Part shown: positions 53,174 through 62,306 of the stretch, piece after piece
Numbering within the stretch: the stretch's first letter is position 1
How the letters are laid out: every line of letters starts with the position of its first letter
NCBI GenBank assembly: GCA_039806045.1
Contig: JBDKLN010000050.1
Coordinates: 1,873-65,872, forward strand
Direction of reading: 5' to 3'
DNA length: 64,000 bases
Origin: Pseudomonadota bacterium
GTDB taxonomy: Bacteria; Pseudomonadota; Gammaproteobacteria; Burkholderiales; Burkholderiaceae_D
Made by a program: the position numbers and the translations under genes
The notes under the pieces: generated by a model
Told to the model about the DNA's origin: nothing
The model's database searches: none
Seen by the model: the letters and a program-made list of their open reading frames with translations, nothing else

Positions 53174-55327
53174 GTGAGCGGTCGCATCGTCAAAATCGCG
53201 CTGGACTCGCCGCTGGACACGGAATTCGATTACCGCTGGACACCCACGGCAAACGAACCGCAACCGCAGGTAGGCCAACTCGCGCTCGTGCCTTTCGGCC
53301 GCCGAGAAGTCATCGGCGTGGTGACGGCTATCGGCGACGCCAGCGTCTATGATGCGACCAAACTGCGCGACGTCATCGCGCTGCGTGCACAACTGCCGCC
53401 CATGCCGCCCGAATGGGTGGCTTTATGCCGGTTCGCCGCCGACTATTACCAGCGGCCGGTGGGCGAGGTGATGCTGCCGTGCTTGCCGAAAGGCTTGCGC
53501 ACCGCGACCACAGTCGCCCTGGACCGCGCATTGAAAAACCGCGCCGCCGCGACCCAACCCTCGAAGCCGCCCAAAAAATCCCGGGCCAAGCGCGCTTCGG
53601 GCGATGAGGCCGCTTACGCGACCCTCCCGACCGCGGCCTTGCAGCCTGACGCCGGCATAGAAGCCGAGGTTCCGGTATCCGCGGCCGCACCCACCCTGAA
53701 CCCCGACCAGCAAGCGGCCGTTGATGCGGTTACGGCGTCCGAAGGCTTTGCGGCGCACCTGCTGTTCGGCGTCACCGGAAGCGGCAAGACCGAGGTCTAC
53801 CTGCACACGGCGCAAGCCGTGATCGAGCGTGAGCGTGCAAAGGGAAACGCCGCACAGGTACTGATCCTGGTCCCCGAGATCAATCTGACGCCACAGCTCG
53901 AGGGCAGCGTGAAGGCTCGCTTCCCCCACAGGCAAGTCGTCACCCTGCATAGCCAGTTGGCCGAAGGCGAGCGGCTGAGGCACTGGCTCGCGGCACATTA
54001 TGGCGATGCCGCCATTGTGCTTGGCACACGATTGTCGGTGCTGGCCGCAATGCCGTCGCTAAAGCTGATCATCGTCGACGAAGAGCACGACCCGTCTTAC
54101 AAGCAGCAAGAAGGCCTGCGGTATTCGGCGCGTGACCTGGCCGTATGGCGGGCGCGCCAGCTGAACATACCGGTAGTACTTGGCTCGGCAACGCCTTCCG
54201 TCGAAAGCTGGCAGCACGCATCGACAGGTCGCTATCGCCGGCTTGACCTGACGCAGCGCGCGGCGGCGCATGCGCAGTTGCCGCGCGTAGGCTTGATCGA
54301 CATGGAAATCAACAAGGCTCCCGATGGCTTGTCGCCGCCACTGGTCGCGGCGTTGCGCGCGCGTCTGGAACGGGGCGAGCAATCCCTGCTGTTCCTGAAC
54401 CGGCGCGGATATGCGCCCGTCATGCATTGCGATGCTTGCGGATGGATCAGCAATTGCCGCCGTTGCACGGCTTTCATGGTGCTGCACAAGCCTGAGCGAC
54501 GTTTGCGCTGCCATCATTGCAGCCTGGAGCTGCGCATTCCGCAATCGTGCCCGACATGCGGCAACGTGGACTTGCAACCGCTGGGACGAGGCACGCAACG
54601 CGTCGAAGAACATTTGCAGGCACTGTTTCCCGCCGCGCGCGTCTTGCGCATCGATGCCGATTCGACGCGCCGCAAGGGCAGCGCGCAGGCAGCTTTCGAT
54701 GCCGTGCATCGCGGCGACGTCGATATCCTGCTCGGCACGCAGATGGTGGCCAAAGGGCATGACTTCCAGCGCCTGACGCTGGTCGGCGTCATCAATCCGG
54801 ATACGGCCTTGTTCTCGCAAGACTATCGCGCCGGCGAGCGCTTGTTTGCACAATTGATGCAGGTGGCCGGCCGTGCCGGCCGTGCCGCGGTGAAACACGA
54901 CGGTGAGGAAAATCGCCCGCCAGCCGAGGTGTTGGTGCAAACGCGATATCCGCAACACCCGCTGTATCGCGCCCTGCTGACCCATGACTATCCACGCTTT
55001 GCGCAAGCGACACTGGAAGAGCGCCGCAGCGCCAGTTTGCCGCCGTTCGTGTTCCAGGCCTTGTTGCGCGCTGAGGCCAGGCAGCTGCAGCAAGCGCTGG
55101 ACTTCTTGCAGGCCGCACGCGACCTGATGCCCTGCGAAGGCATCATGATCAACGACCCGGTACCGATGACGGTCACGCGGGTGGCCGGTGTCGAACGCGC
55201 GCAATTGCTGGTTGAATCGTCATCGCGCGCGCAGCTGCAAGCCTTCCTCAAGCCTTGGGTTGCCGCCTTGCGTGAACGGAAATCACGCTTGCGCTGGTCG
55301 CTTGAAGTCGATCCGATCGATATCTGA
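53174..55327 (+). CDS. priA: Primosomal protein N' (replication restart helicase)
   Basis: VPFGRR, GVTGSGKTEVY, DEEHD, LNRRGYAP, four CxxC pairs and GTQMVAKGHDF; GTG start. Confidence 0.97.
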   Translation: MSGRIVKIALDSPLDTEFDYRWTPTANEPQPQVGQLALVPFGRREVIGVVTAIGDASVYDATKLRDVIALRAQLPPMPPEWVALCRFAADYYQRPVGEVMLPCLPKGLRTATTVALDRALKNRAAATQPSKPPKKSRAKRASGDEAAYATLPTAALQPDAGIEAEVPVSAAAPTLNPDQQAAVDAVTASEGFAAHLLFGVTGSGKTEVYLHTAQAVIERERAKGNAAQVLILVPEINLTPQLEGSVKARFPHRQVVTLHSQLAEGERLRHWLAAHYGDAAIVLGTRLSVLAAMPSLKLIIVDEEHDPSYKQQEGLRYSARDLAVWRARQLNIPVVLGSATPSVESWQHASTGRYRRLDLTQRAAAHAQLPRVGLIDMEINKAPDGLSPPLVAALRARLERGEQSLLFLNRRGYAPVMHCDACGWISNCRRCTAFMVLHKPERRLRCHHCSLELRIPQSCPTCGNVDLQPLGRGTQRVEEHLQALFPAARVLRIDADSTRRKGSAQAAFDAVHRGDVDILLGTQMVAKGHDFQRLTLVGVINPDTALFSQDYRAGERLFAQLMQVAGRAGRAAVKHDGEENRPPAEVLVQTRYPQHPLYRALLTHDYPRFAQATLEERRSASLPPFVFQALLRAEARQLQQALDFLQAARDLMPCEGIMINDPVPMTVTRVAGVERAQLLVESSSRAQLQAFLKPWVAALRERKSRLRWSLEVDPIDI

Positions 55328-55389
55328 GTAGCGCAGGGGGCGCGGGACAACAACGCACCACCCGTCAAACCCGGCGATCAGCATCGAGC

Positions 55390-55956
55390 TCAATGCGGCC
55401 GCATATCCGAAGCCTGAGACGGGTCGATCCGATGGGGTGCCCCTGCGGGATCGAAATCCTCCCAGTCGCCGTGCACGATATGGCCGTCGCCGGTTTCCAG
55501 ATCGGCGGCGCCACATTCCATCAGCAGATCCATGGCCCTGTGCTCGCTGGATTCGTCGTCGGCGCAGACCGCAACCATGAAGCCGGAATGGCGCAATATG
55601 GTCGATGGGTCCCGCTCTTCCTCGTTTTCGTGCATGCCGCGCAGCGCGCCGATCAGGTTGCCGATATGGGCGCCGACCAGTCCCCCGGTCAGGAAGCCGA
55701 GTGGCCCGCCAACCGAGCCGATCGCACCGCCGACGACGCCACCCGCGACGGTACCCGTCATGGCACCCATCGAGCCGTCTTCGGCGCCCTTGGAGACGTC
55801 ATGGTCGCCGCCGATCACAAAACGTGCATGTTGGCCGGGCGGGCCGACATAGAAGCATGACATTTGCTCAGCAGGAAAATGGGCAGCACTCAAGGCACTG
55901 ACGGCAGCTTCGGCCCCGGCTATGGATTCAAACCTGCCTGCAATGATGTGAGACAT
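55390..55956 (-). CDS. Glycine-zipper/general-stress-type protein
   Basis: MSHIIAGRF...GAMTGTVAGGVVGGAIGSVGGPLG...GAADLE; start ATG 55956 with upstream ggagg. Confidence 0.7.
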   Translation of the reverse strand: MSHIIAGRFESIAGAEAAVSALSAAHFPAEQMSCFYVGPPGQHARFVIGGDHDVSKGAEDGSMGAMTGTVAGGVVGGAIGSVGGPLGFLTGGLVGAHIGNLIGALRGMHENEEERDPSTILRHSGFMVAVCADDESSEHRAMDLLMECGAADLETGDGHIVHGDWEDFDPAGAPHRIDPSQASDMRPH

Positions 55957-56325
55957 GGCATTCCTCCCAGGAAGTGGTTGGCGGCACAGGGCAGGAACGC
56001 GGCGTGCCGCGACAGGCTTCGACGCGCGGCAAGTGCAACGCGCTGAAGCGCTCAGGGTTTCATCGTACTGCAAGCAGGCGTGTTTGGCAGCTAGATGCCC
56101 CTCCCTGCGTGAGGGTCGATATTTCTGATCAGAACACGCCGCTCGGCAATGGGATTGCGGCGCTGGGAGGCAGGCACCGCCATCGAAGTTCTGCGTGTCA
56201 CGGGAACTGTGGCGTTATGAAGAATTCAAAACCGAACACGCTTCACCTTCATACCGACGCCGGTCAGGGCCCACCGACACAGGTCAACGTCAAGCGTTTG
56301 ATCATGCAACCTGCAGGAGGTACAG

Positions 56326-57483
56326 ATGAACCATACCGTGGCCGCCATCTTCGACACCTATGGCGATGCGCAGTCCGCAATGAACGCGCTGTTCAACGAG
56401 GGTTTCGCCAGTGGTGACCTGAAGTTGAGCCCTTCCGTCGACACCGCTGAGGAAAGAGAGCGTGCGTTGCGCGGTGGCTCCGCACCGCCGGCAGAAGGTT
56501 GGAGTATCGGCGAATTCTTTCGCGCGCTATTTGGCAAGGACCAGTATTCCGATGATGCCGGCATGTATGCAGAAGCGGTGCGGCGCGGCAGTTATCTTCT
56601 CAGCATTGATGCAGCGACTGAAGCGCGGGCCGAGCAGGCAGTCGACATCCTGATGCGATTCAGCCCGGTCGATCTCAGCTCACGGGCCGAACACTGGCGT
56701 AGTCAGGGCTGGACTGGCTATCAGGGCGAATCGCCGGTCTACACTGAGGAAGAAATTCGCAATGAACAGGCAGGCTATCAGAGCCAGACCACGATTGCAG
56801 GCAGGACACCCGAAGCCTCGGCCACTGCCGGCCCGGCCGATGCCGCTTCCGGCACAAGCACGCTGCCTGTCGTGGAAGAGCAGCTGCAAGTGGGTAAGCG
56901 CGTCGTGAATCGCGGCGGCGTGCGCATCTACCGACACATCACGGAAACGCCGGTGCAGGAATCGGTGCGATTGCAGGAAGAGCGAGTGACGGTGACGCGG
57001 ACGCCAGTGGATCAGCCGGCGGGTGCGGTCGATATCGGGGCCTTGAAGGAGGGCGTGACCGAGATTCGGGAAACTGCCGAAGAACCGGTGGTCGCCAAAA
57101 CGGCGCATGTCGTCGAAGAAGTTCATGTGAGCAAGCAGGTGGCCGAGCATACCGAGACCATCAAGGACACCGTGCGCCGTGCCGATGTCGAGGTGGCGCC
57201 CCTTGGCGATCAGGCCGGGGCCAGTGCGGGTCTTGCCGGCGAAGACGAGTTCCGGCAGCACTGGCAAAGTGCTTATGGCGGTGGCAGCGGCAAGTACGAA
57301 GACTATGCGGCAGCGTATCGCTATGGCGCGAATCTGGCCGGGCAAAAGCAATACCAAGGCTACCGCTGGGACGAGCTGGAGCCACAGGTGCGCAGCGATT
57401 GGGAAGCCTCGCACCAGGAAAGCCCGTGGGAGCGCACCAAGCAAGCAGTGCGCTATGGTTGGGAAAAGATGGCCGGGAGCTGA
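56326..57483 (+). CDS. YsnF/AvaK (DUF2382) domain stress protein
   Basis: LPVVEEQLQVGKR...GGVRI...EEPVVAKTAHVVEEV...DTVRR; SD ggagg. Confidence 0.85.
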   Translation: MNHTVAAIFDTYGDAQSAMNALFNEGFASGDLKLSPSVDTAEERERALRGGSAPPAEGWSIGEFFRALFGKDQYSDDAGMYAEAVRRGSYLLSIDAATEARAEQAVDILMRFSPVDLSSRAEHWRSQGWTGYQGESPVYTEEEIRNEQAGYQSQTTIAGRTPEASATAGPADAASGTSTLPVVEEQLQVGKRVVNRGGVRIYRHITETPVQESVRLQEERVTVTRTPVDQPAGAVDIGALKEGVTEIRETAEEPVVAKTAHVVEEVHVSKQVAEHTETIKDTVRRADVEVAPLGDQAGASAGLAGEDEFRQHWQSAYGGGSGKYEDYAAAYRYGANLAGQKQYQGYRWDELEPQVRSDWEASHQESPWERTKQAVRYGWEKMAGS

Positions 57484-57504
57484 GGCGCTGCGCGAAGCCG
57501 AGGC

Positions 57505-57987
57505 TTATTGCAGCGGTGCGTCAAGCTGGCCGTCTTGTGCCAGCTGGCGAATCATGCGTACCGTGTCGATGTCCGCTTCCTTGTAGGCTTCGCGACGGAA
57601 GTCGTTGTAGAAAGAAGCCTCGGCAGATTCATCGGCTTGCTGGTGATCGTTATATTCAAAACGTACGAACAACACACCAGGCTCGGGTTCCTCGATCGTC
57701 ATCCGCAGATCCGAGGCCGGGATTTCTGCCTGCTGCGGCACGTGATAGTGCACCTGCGCTTCCGGACTGAAATGCACCGTATCGTGCACGACCAGTTTCC
57801 CGAAATGCAGTGTGCGCGACAAGCCCGATGCTGAACGTTCAGTGATCTGGCAACTGTCCAGCCCGAGCTGGAACAGCGTCGGGCGTTCGGCGCGCAGCAC
57901 CAGTCCACGCCACAGTTGTGCCCGGCTCAATCGCGCTAGCAGCGGATTGTCGGGCATGTTAATTTCGATGAGGTGAGTGAATTTCAT
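57505..57987 (-). CDS. SRPBCC/DUF1857-family protein
   Basis: MKFTHLIEIN...LSRAQLWRGLVLRAERP...LRMTIEEP. Confidence 0.75.
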   Translation of the reverse strand: MKFTHLIEINMPDNPLLARLSRAQLWRGLVLRAERPTLFQLGLDSCQITERSASGLSRTLHFGKLVVHDTVHFSPEAQVHYHVPQQAEIPASDLRMTIEEPEPGVLFVRFEYNDHQQADESAEASFYNDFRREAYKEADIDTVRMIRQLAQDGQLDAPLQ

Positions 57988-58152
57988 TGGCGGGCGCCGT
58001 CAAGAGCGGGCGCGAGCCGCACTTTACCACGCAGCTTGCCCGGTGCGACCGCCAGCACGGCGGATTGCGCAGTCTCTTTCCGGTTCCCGGCGAGGTTTTC
58101 GATACAATGACGCGCTCATACCGTCTTTCCGCATCCCCGCCTTTTTTCCCGC

Positions 58153-60204
58153 ATGTCGCACGGACTCAATGCGCCGCAACGCGCCGCAGTCAATTACATC
58201 GATGGTCCCTGCCTCGTGCTGGCGGGCGCCGGCTCGGGCAAAACGCGGGTGATCACGCAAAAAATTGCGTACCTGATCGAACATTGCGGATATGAAGCCC
58301 GCAATATCGCCGCGCTGACATTTACCAACAAGGCCGCGCTGGAAATGCGCGAGCGCGTCGCCAAGCTGCTCAAGGACCCGGGGCAGGCCAAGCAGCTGAC
58401 TGTGTCCACTTTCCATTCGCTGGGTGTGCAGATCCTGCGCCGCGAGGCGAATGCGATAGGCTTGAAGGATCGCTTCTCGATCATGGACAGCGACGATTGC
58501 TTTGCGATTGTTCAGGATCTCGCCGTCACCACCGACAAGGCCGTGATCCGCCGCATCCAGAATGCGATGTCCCTGTGGAAGAACGCGCTGCTGAGCCCGG
58601 AGGCCGCACTGGCACAGGCAAAGGACGAGGACGAAGCGCAGGCCGCACGTATTTACCGCAGCTATTTGGCGACCTTGTCGAGCTACCAGGCGGTCGATTT
58701 CGATGACCTGATCCGGCTGCCGGTCGAACTGTTTCGCAAGGACGAGGCTGCGCGCGACCGCTGGCAGCGCAAATTGCGCTACCTGCTGCTCGACGAATAC
58801 CAGGATACCAACACCTGCCAGTACGAGATGGTGAAGCTGTTGGTCACCGGCCCCGGCAAGAAGCCGATGTTCACCGCTGTCGGCGACGACGACCAGGCCA
58901 TCTATGCATGGCGCGGCGCGACCATGGAAAACCTGCGCATCTTGCAGGACGACTTCCCCGACCTGAAGCTGATCAAGCTGGAGCAGAACTATCGTTCGAG
59001 CACGCGCATCCTGCAGGCCGCCAACGCCGTCATCGCCAACAATCCGAAACTGTTCGAAAAGTCGTTGTGGTCCGAGCACGGCATGGGCGACCCGATCAAG
59101 GTCATGGCGATGGACGATGATGAAGCCGAGGCCGACCAGGTCGCCATCATGCTGTCGGCGCACAGGTTCGAGCGCCGCGCCAAATTCTCCGATTACGCGA
59201 TCCTGTACCGCGGTAACCACCAGGCCCGCATCCTCGAAAAAGCACTGCGCCGCGAGCGCATCCCCTATGTGATGTCGGGCGGGCAGAGCTTCTTCGACAA
59301 GGCCGAGATCAAGGACATCATCAGCTACCTGCGGCTGATCGCGAATGAAGACGATGATCCGGCATTCATCCGCGCCGTCACGACGCCGCGTCGCGGCATC
59401 GGGCAGGCGACGCTCGAAGTGCTGGGTGAATTCTCCGGGCAGTGGCAATGCTCGCTGTTCGAGGCCGTGTTCAAGGGCGGCATCGAGGCCAGGCTCACCG
59501 AGCGCCAGCTGGCGCCGCTGCGCGAATTCTGCGGCTTCATCAACCAACTCGAAGCGCGCGCGTCGCGCGTCGGCCCGGCCGGCAGTGGCGAGAATGCCGG
59601 CGAAGTGCTGGATGACATGATGAAGGCCATCGACTACGAAGCCTACCTGTACGGCCATTTCGACGAGAAGCAGGCGCAGGACAAATGGCAGAACGTGCTC
59701 GACTTCGTCGGCTGGCTGAAAGAAAAGGGCAATGGCGGCCGCGACGGCACGGACCCTGAAAAGTCCTTGCTCGAACTGGTGCAGATGGTGGCATTGATGA
59801 GCATGCTCGAAGGGCGCGACGAAGAACCGGACGCCGTGCGCATGTCGACATTGCACGCGTCGAAGGGACTCGAATTCGGCCATGTTTTCATGGTCGGTGT
59901 CGAAGAAGGCATCTTGCCGCACAAAGGTGACCCCGATGCGCCGCCCGATGTTTATGCGCAGCGCATCGAAGAAGAACGCCGGCTGATGTATGTCGGCATC
60001 ACGCGTGCCCAGCGCAGCCTGACCATCACCTGGTGCAAGAAGCGCAAGCGCGCGCGCGACAGCATGCCCTGCGAAGTATCGCGTTTCATCAAGGAGATGA
60101 AGCTTGATGAAGGCGATGCCGTGCCTGAAGAAAGCGAACAGCTGACGCCCCAGAACCGGCTGGCGAACCTGAAGGCCTTGCTGCAGAAACCAAAGGCTGC
60201 CTGA
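58153..60204 (+). CDS. rep: ATP-dependent DNA helicase Rep (UvrD/Rep family)
   Basis: VLAGAGSGKTRVITQKIA, TFTNKAA, DEYQDTN, VGDDDQ, LEQNYRS, HASKGLEF and EERRLMYVGITRA motifs; no C-terminal UvrD Tudor extension. Confidence 0.9.
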   Translation: MSHGLNAPQRAAVNYIDGPCLVLAGAGSGKTRVITQKIAYLIEHCGYEARNIAALTFTNKAALEMRERVAKLLKDPGQAKQLTVSTFHSLGVQILRREANAIGLKDRFSIMDSDDCFAIVQDLAVTTDKAVIRRIQNAMSLWKNALLSPEAALAQAKDEDEAQAARIYRSYLATLSSYQAVDFDDLIRLPVELFRKDEAARDRWQRKLRYLLLDEYQDTNTCQYEMVKLLVTGPGKKPMFTAVGDDDQAIYAWRGATMENLRILQDDFPDLKLIKLEQNYRSSTRILQAANAVIANNPKLFEKSLWSEHGMGDPIKVMAMDDDEAEADQVAIMLSAHRFERRAKFSDYAILYRGNHQARILEKALRRERIPYVMSGGQSFFDKAEIKDIISYLRLIANEDDDPAFIRAVTTPRRGIGQATLEVLGEFSGQWQCSLFEAVFKGGIEARLTERQLAPLREFCGFINQLEARASRVGPAGSGENAGEVLDDMMKAIDYEAYLYGHFDEKQAQDKWQNVLDFVGWLKEKGNGGRDGTDPEKSLLELVQMVALMSMLEGRDEEPDAVRMSTLHASKGLEFGHVFMVGVEEGILPHKGDPDAPPDVYAQRIEEERRLMYVGITRAQRSLTITWCKKRKRARDSMPCEVSRFIKEMKLDEGDAVPEESEQLTPQNRLANLKALLQKPKAA

Positions 60205-60238
60205 GCGGCGCCCTGCTTGAAGCGGTCCCGGGAACATC

Positions 60239-60418
60239 ATGGCAGAGCGAAAAAAAGACAGCGACGGGTTTCGAAACCCGCATCAGTTGCCGGTAAAGAC
60301 CTGCGCCGCCTGTGGCCGGCCCTTCACCTGGCGCAAGAAATGGGCGGCCAGCTGGGAACAGGTGCGCTACTGTTCCGACGCGTGTCGTAATGCACGCCGG
60401 CCCGCCCCGACCAATTAG
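60239..60418 (+). CDS. DUF2256-family small zinc-finger protein (59 aa)
   Basis: Below the ORF-track cutoff; hand translation MAERKKDSDGFRNPHQLPVKTCAACGRPFTWRKKWAASWEQVRYCSDACRNARRPAPTN. Confidence 0.85.
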   Translation: MAERKKDSDGFRNPHQLPVKTCAACGRPFTWRKKWAASWEQVRYCSDACRNARRPAPTN

Positions 60419-60433
60419 AAAAAAGCAGAGCCC

Positions 60434-60643
60434 ATGGACATTGAAGAACGACTGGTGAACCTTGAGAGCAAACTCAGCCAGCAGGATTACCTGCTCGACG
60501 TGCTCAACAAGACTGTGTACGAGCAACAGAAAAAGCTCGATGAATGCGAGAAGCTGAGCATTGCACTGGCCAAGCGCCTGGCCGACCTGCAGGGCCGTTT
60601 GCCCGACGGGATGCCGGCCAACGACAAGCCACCGCACTACTAA
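60434..60643 (+). CDS. slyX: SlyX family protein
   Basis: EERLVNLESKLSQQD...LNKTVYEQQ...KPPHY C-terminus. Confidence 0.9.
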   Translation: MDIEERLVNLESKLSQQDYLLDVLNKTVYEQQKKLDECEKLSIALAKRLADLQGRLPDGMPANDKPPHY

Positions 60644-60656
60644 TCGGGGATGCCCC

Positions 60657-60986
60657 ATGATCAATGAAAAAATCCTCGCATCGCTGCGTACCGAAATCAA
60701 TCAGCAGACGGCGCAGATGCGCTGGCGCGAGCTGGAGCGTTTTTTCGCCAGCGGTAACGTCATCTCGGTCGCCCCGGGCCTGGACCTGATCGATGTCGGC
60801 GCGCGCATCGCGGCAGACGACAAGGCCAGCGTGCTCGACTGGATGAATGCCGGTCTGCTGCACAAGGTGAACGATGAAGAGGCCGGCCGCTGGCAAACAG
60901 ACGATGCGCTGCTGTGGACGGTGGTGGTCAAGCCGTGGATCCTCGTCCAGCATGAACGCCAGCTACCTGCGGCCCTTCAACAATAA
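60657..60986 (+). CDS. DUF2288 family protein
   Basis: TAQMRWRELERFFASG...LDLIDVG...WTVVVKPWILVQ; start ATG 60657. Confidence 0.82.
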   Translation: MINEKILASLRTEINQQTAQMRWRELERFFASGNVISVAPGLDLIDVGARIAADDKASVLDWMNAGLLHKVNDEEAGRWQTDDALLWTVVVKPWILVQHERQLPAALQQ

Positions 60987-61010
60987 TTTTCTCATTCGGT
61001 GTTTTTATCC

Positions 61011-61919
61011 ATGTGGTTCAAGAATCTTCAACTCTTTCGTCTTCCCAAGCATTGGTCAATGACGGCCGAAGCGCTGGAAGCGGCGCTCGAGCCGCAGCAA
61101 TTCGTTCCATGCACCAGCATCCAGCTGCTCAGCCAGGGCTGGATCCCACCGGCCAATGACGGACGCCTTGTCTACGCGAGCAATCGCCAGATCCTGCTCA
61201 AGCTGCGCACCGAAAAGAAGCTGCTGCCGTCCAGCGTGATCAACCAGGTCGCGCGCGAAAGAGCGGCCGAGCTCGCCGAGCAGCAGGGTTTCCGCTGCGG
61301 CCGCAAGCAGATGAAAGAGATCAAGGAGCAAGTCGCCGATGAGCTGCTGCCGCGCGCGTTCTCGCTGCAGGCCGACACCGGTGTGTGGATAGACACGGTC
61401 AATGGCTGGCTGGCCATCGATGCCGCCAGCGCGGCGCGCGCCGAAGAGGTGATCAAGCTGCTGGTCAAGGCCATCGACCAACTCCCGCTGGCGACGCTGC
61501 GCACCACGCTGTCGCCGGTCGGCGCGATGACCAACTGGCTGCTGTCCGACGAGCCGCCGCATGGCTTCACGATCGATCAGGAGCTCGAGCTGCGCTCCAG
61601 CGCGCATGGCAATGCGACGGTACGTTACGTGCGCCACTCGGTGGAGCCGGACGAAGTCCGTCGCCATATCACCGCCGGCAAACAGTGCACACGCGTGGCG
61701 CTGACCTGGCGCGACAAGGTGTCGCTCGTGCTGACCGAATCGCTGGCGGTCAAGCGCGTTGCGGCGCTCGACGTGCTGAAAGAGGGCAATGACACAGCAT
61801 CGGCCGCGGAAGAGGAGCGCTTTGAATCCGACTTCCAGCTGATGGCGGGTGAGCTCGCCCAGATGCTCGACGACCTGTTGAGTGCCTTGGGCGGCGAGCA
61901 GATCGCGCAGGCGGCCTGA
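61011..61919 (+). CDS. rdgC: Recombination-associated protein RdgC
   Basis: MWFKNLQLFRL, EKKLLPSSVI, ELLPRAF and DFQLMAGEL motifs. Confidence 0.95.
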   Translation: MWFKNLQLFRLPKHWSMTAEALEAALEPQQFVPCTSIQLLSQGWIPPANDGRLVYASNRQILLKLRTEKKLLPSSVINQVARERAAELAEQQGFRCGRKQMKEIKEQVADELLPRAFSLQADTGVWIDTVNGWLAIDAASAARAEEVIKLLVKAIDQLPLATLRTTLSPVGAMTNWLLSDEPPHGFTIDQELELRSSAHGNATVRYVRHSVEPDEVRRHITAGKQCTRVALTWRDKVSLVLTESLAVKRVAALDVLKEGNDTASAAEEERFESDFQLMAGELAQMLDDLLSALGGEQIAQAA

Positions 61920-61935
61920 GCGAGCGCCTGAAATG

Positions 61936-61962
61936 AAAAACGCCTGCCTGCGCAGGCGTTTT
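61936..61962. terminator. Bidirectional terminator between rdgC and the tRNA-Asp unit
   Basis: aaaaacgcctgc-ctgc-gcaggcgtttt. Confidence 0.7.
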
Positions 61963-61968
61963 GTGTTT

Positions 61969-62066
61969 TGGCGGAGCGGACGGGGCTCTCCCACATCCTG
62001 CGGGCGGCGGATTCGCTTGCAAGCGAATCCCTTCGATCCCCGCCGAGCGCATGCGCTCTCCGCTCC
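61969..62066 (-). repeat. tRNA-linked structured repeat ending in a 20-nt copy of the tRNA-Asp 3' end
   Basis: 61969-61988 is identical to 62112-62131; internal palindromes at 62009-62030 and 62045-62058; 5' GGAGCGG pairs with CCGCTCC before GCCA. Confidence 0.7.
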
Positions 62067-62080
62067 TGAAGGCATAAAAG

Positions 62081-62106
62081 AAAATGCCCACACGAGGTGG
62101 GCATTT
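62081..62106 (-). terminator. Terminator-like hairpin after tRNA-Asp
   Basis: Minus strand aaatgcccac-ctcgt-gtgggcattt followed by tctttt. Confidence 0.65.
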
Positions 62107-62111
62107 GAAAC

Positions 62112-62188
62112 TGGCGGAGCGGACGGGGCTCGAACCCGCGACCCCCGGCGTGACAGGCCGGTATTCTAACCAACTGAACTACCACTCC
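62112..62188 (-). tRNA. tRNA-Asp (GTC)
   Basis: ggagtggtagttcagttggttagaataccggcctGTCacgccgggggtcgcgggttcgagccccgtccgctccgcca; 77 nt, cloverleaf, encoded CCA. Confidence 0.98.
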
Positions 62189-62306
62189 AGACCGGTCGCC
62201 GAAGCAACCGGAAGCCGCGCATTCTACCGAAGTCATTGCCAACTGTCGAGTACGAGTTGGCGCGATTACAATCCGTGCTCGACGATACTCTGACGATGGA
62301 AATGCC

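Noticed and set aside
53530-53700. Low-complexity Ala/Pro/Lys segment in PriA
   Set aside because: It falls in the variable linker between the 3'-binding and helicase domains, and all helicase and zinc motifs are present.
58024-60240. Long antisense ORFs (738 aa opposite rep; also 39116-41233, 36637-38493, 50839-52500, 29844-31496, 397-1815, 1887-3242, 3868-5304)
   Set aside because: They mirror well-identified genes on the other strand, carry no family motifs, and are the expected shadow of GC-biased codon usage.
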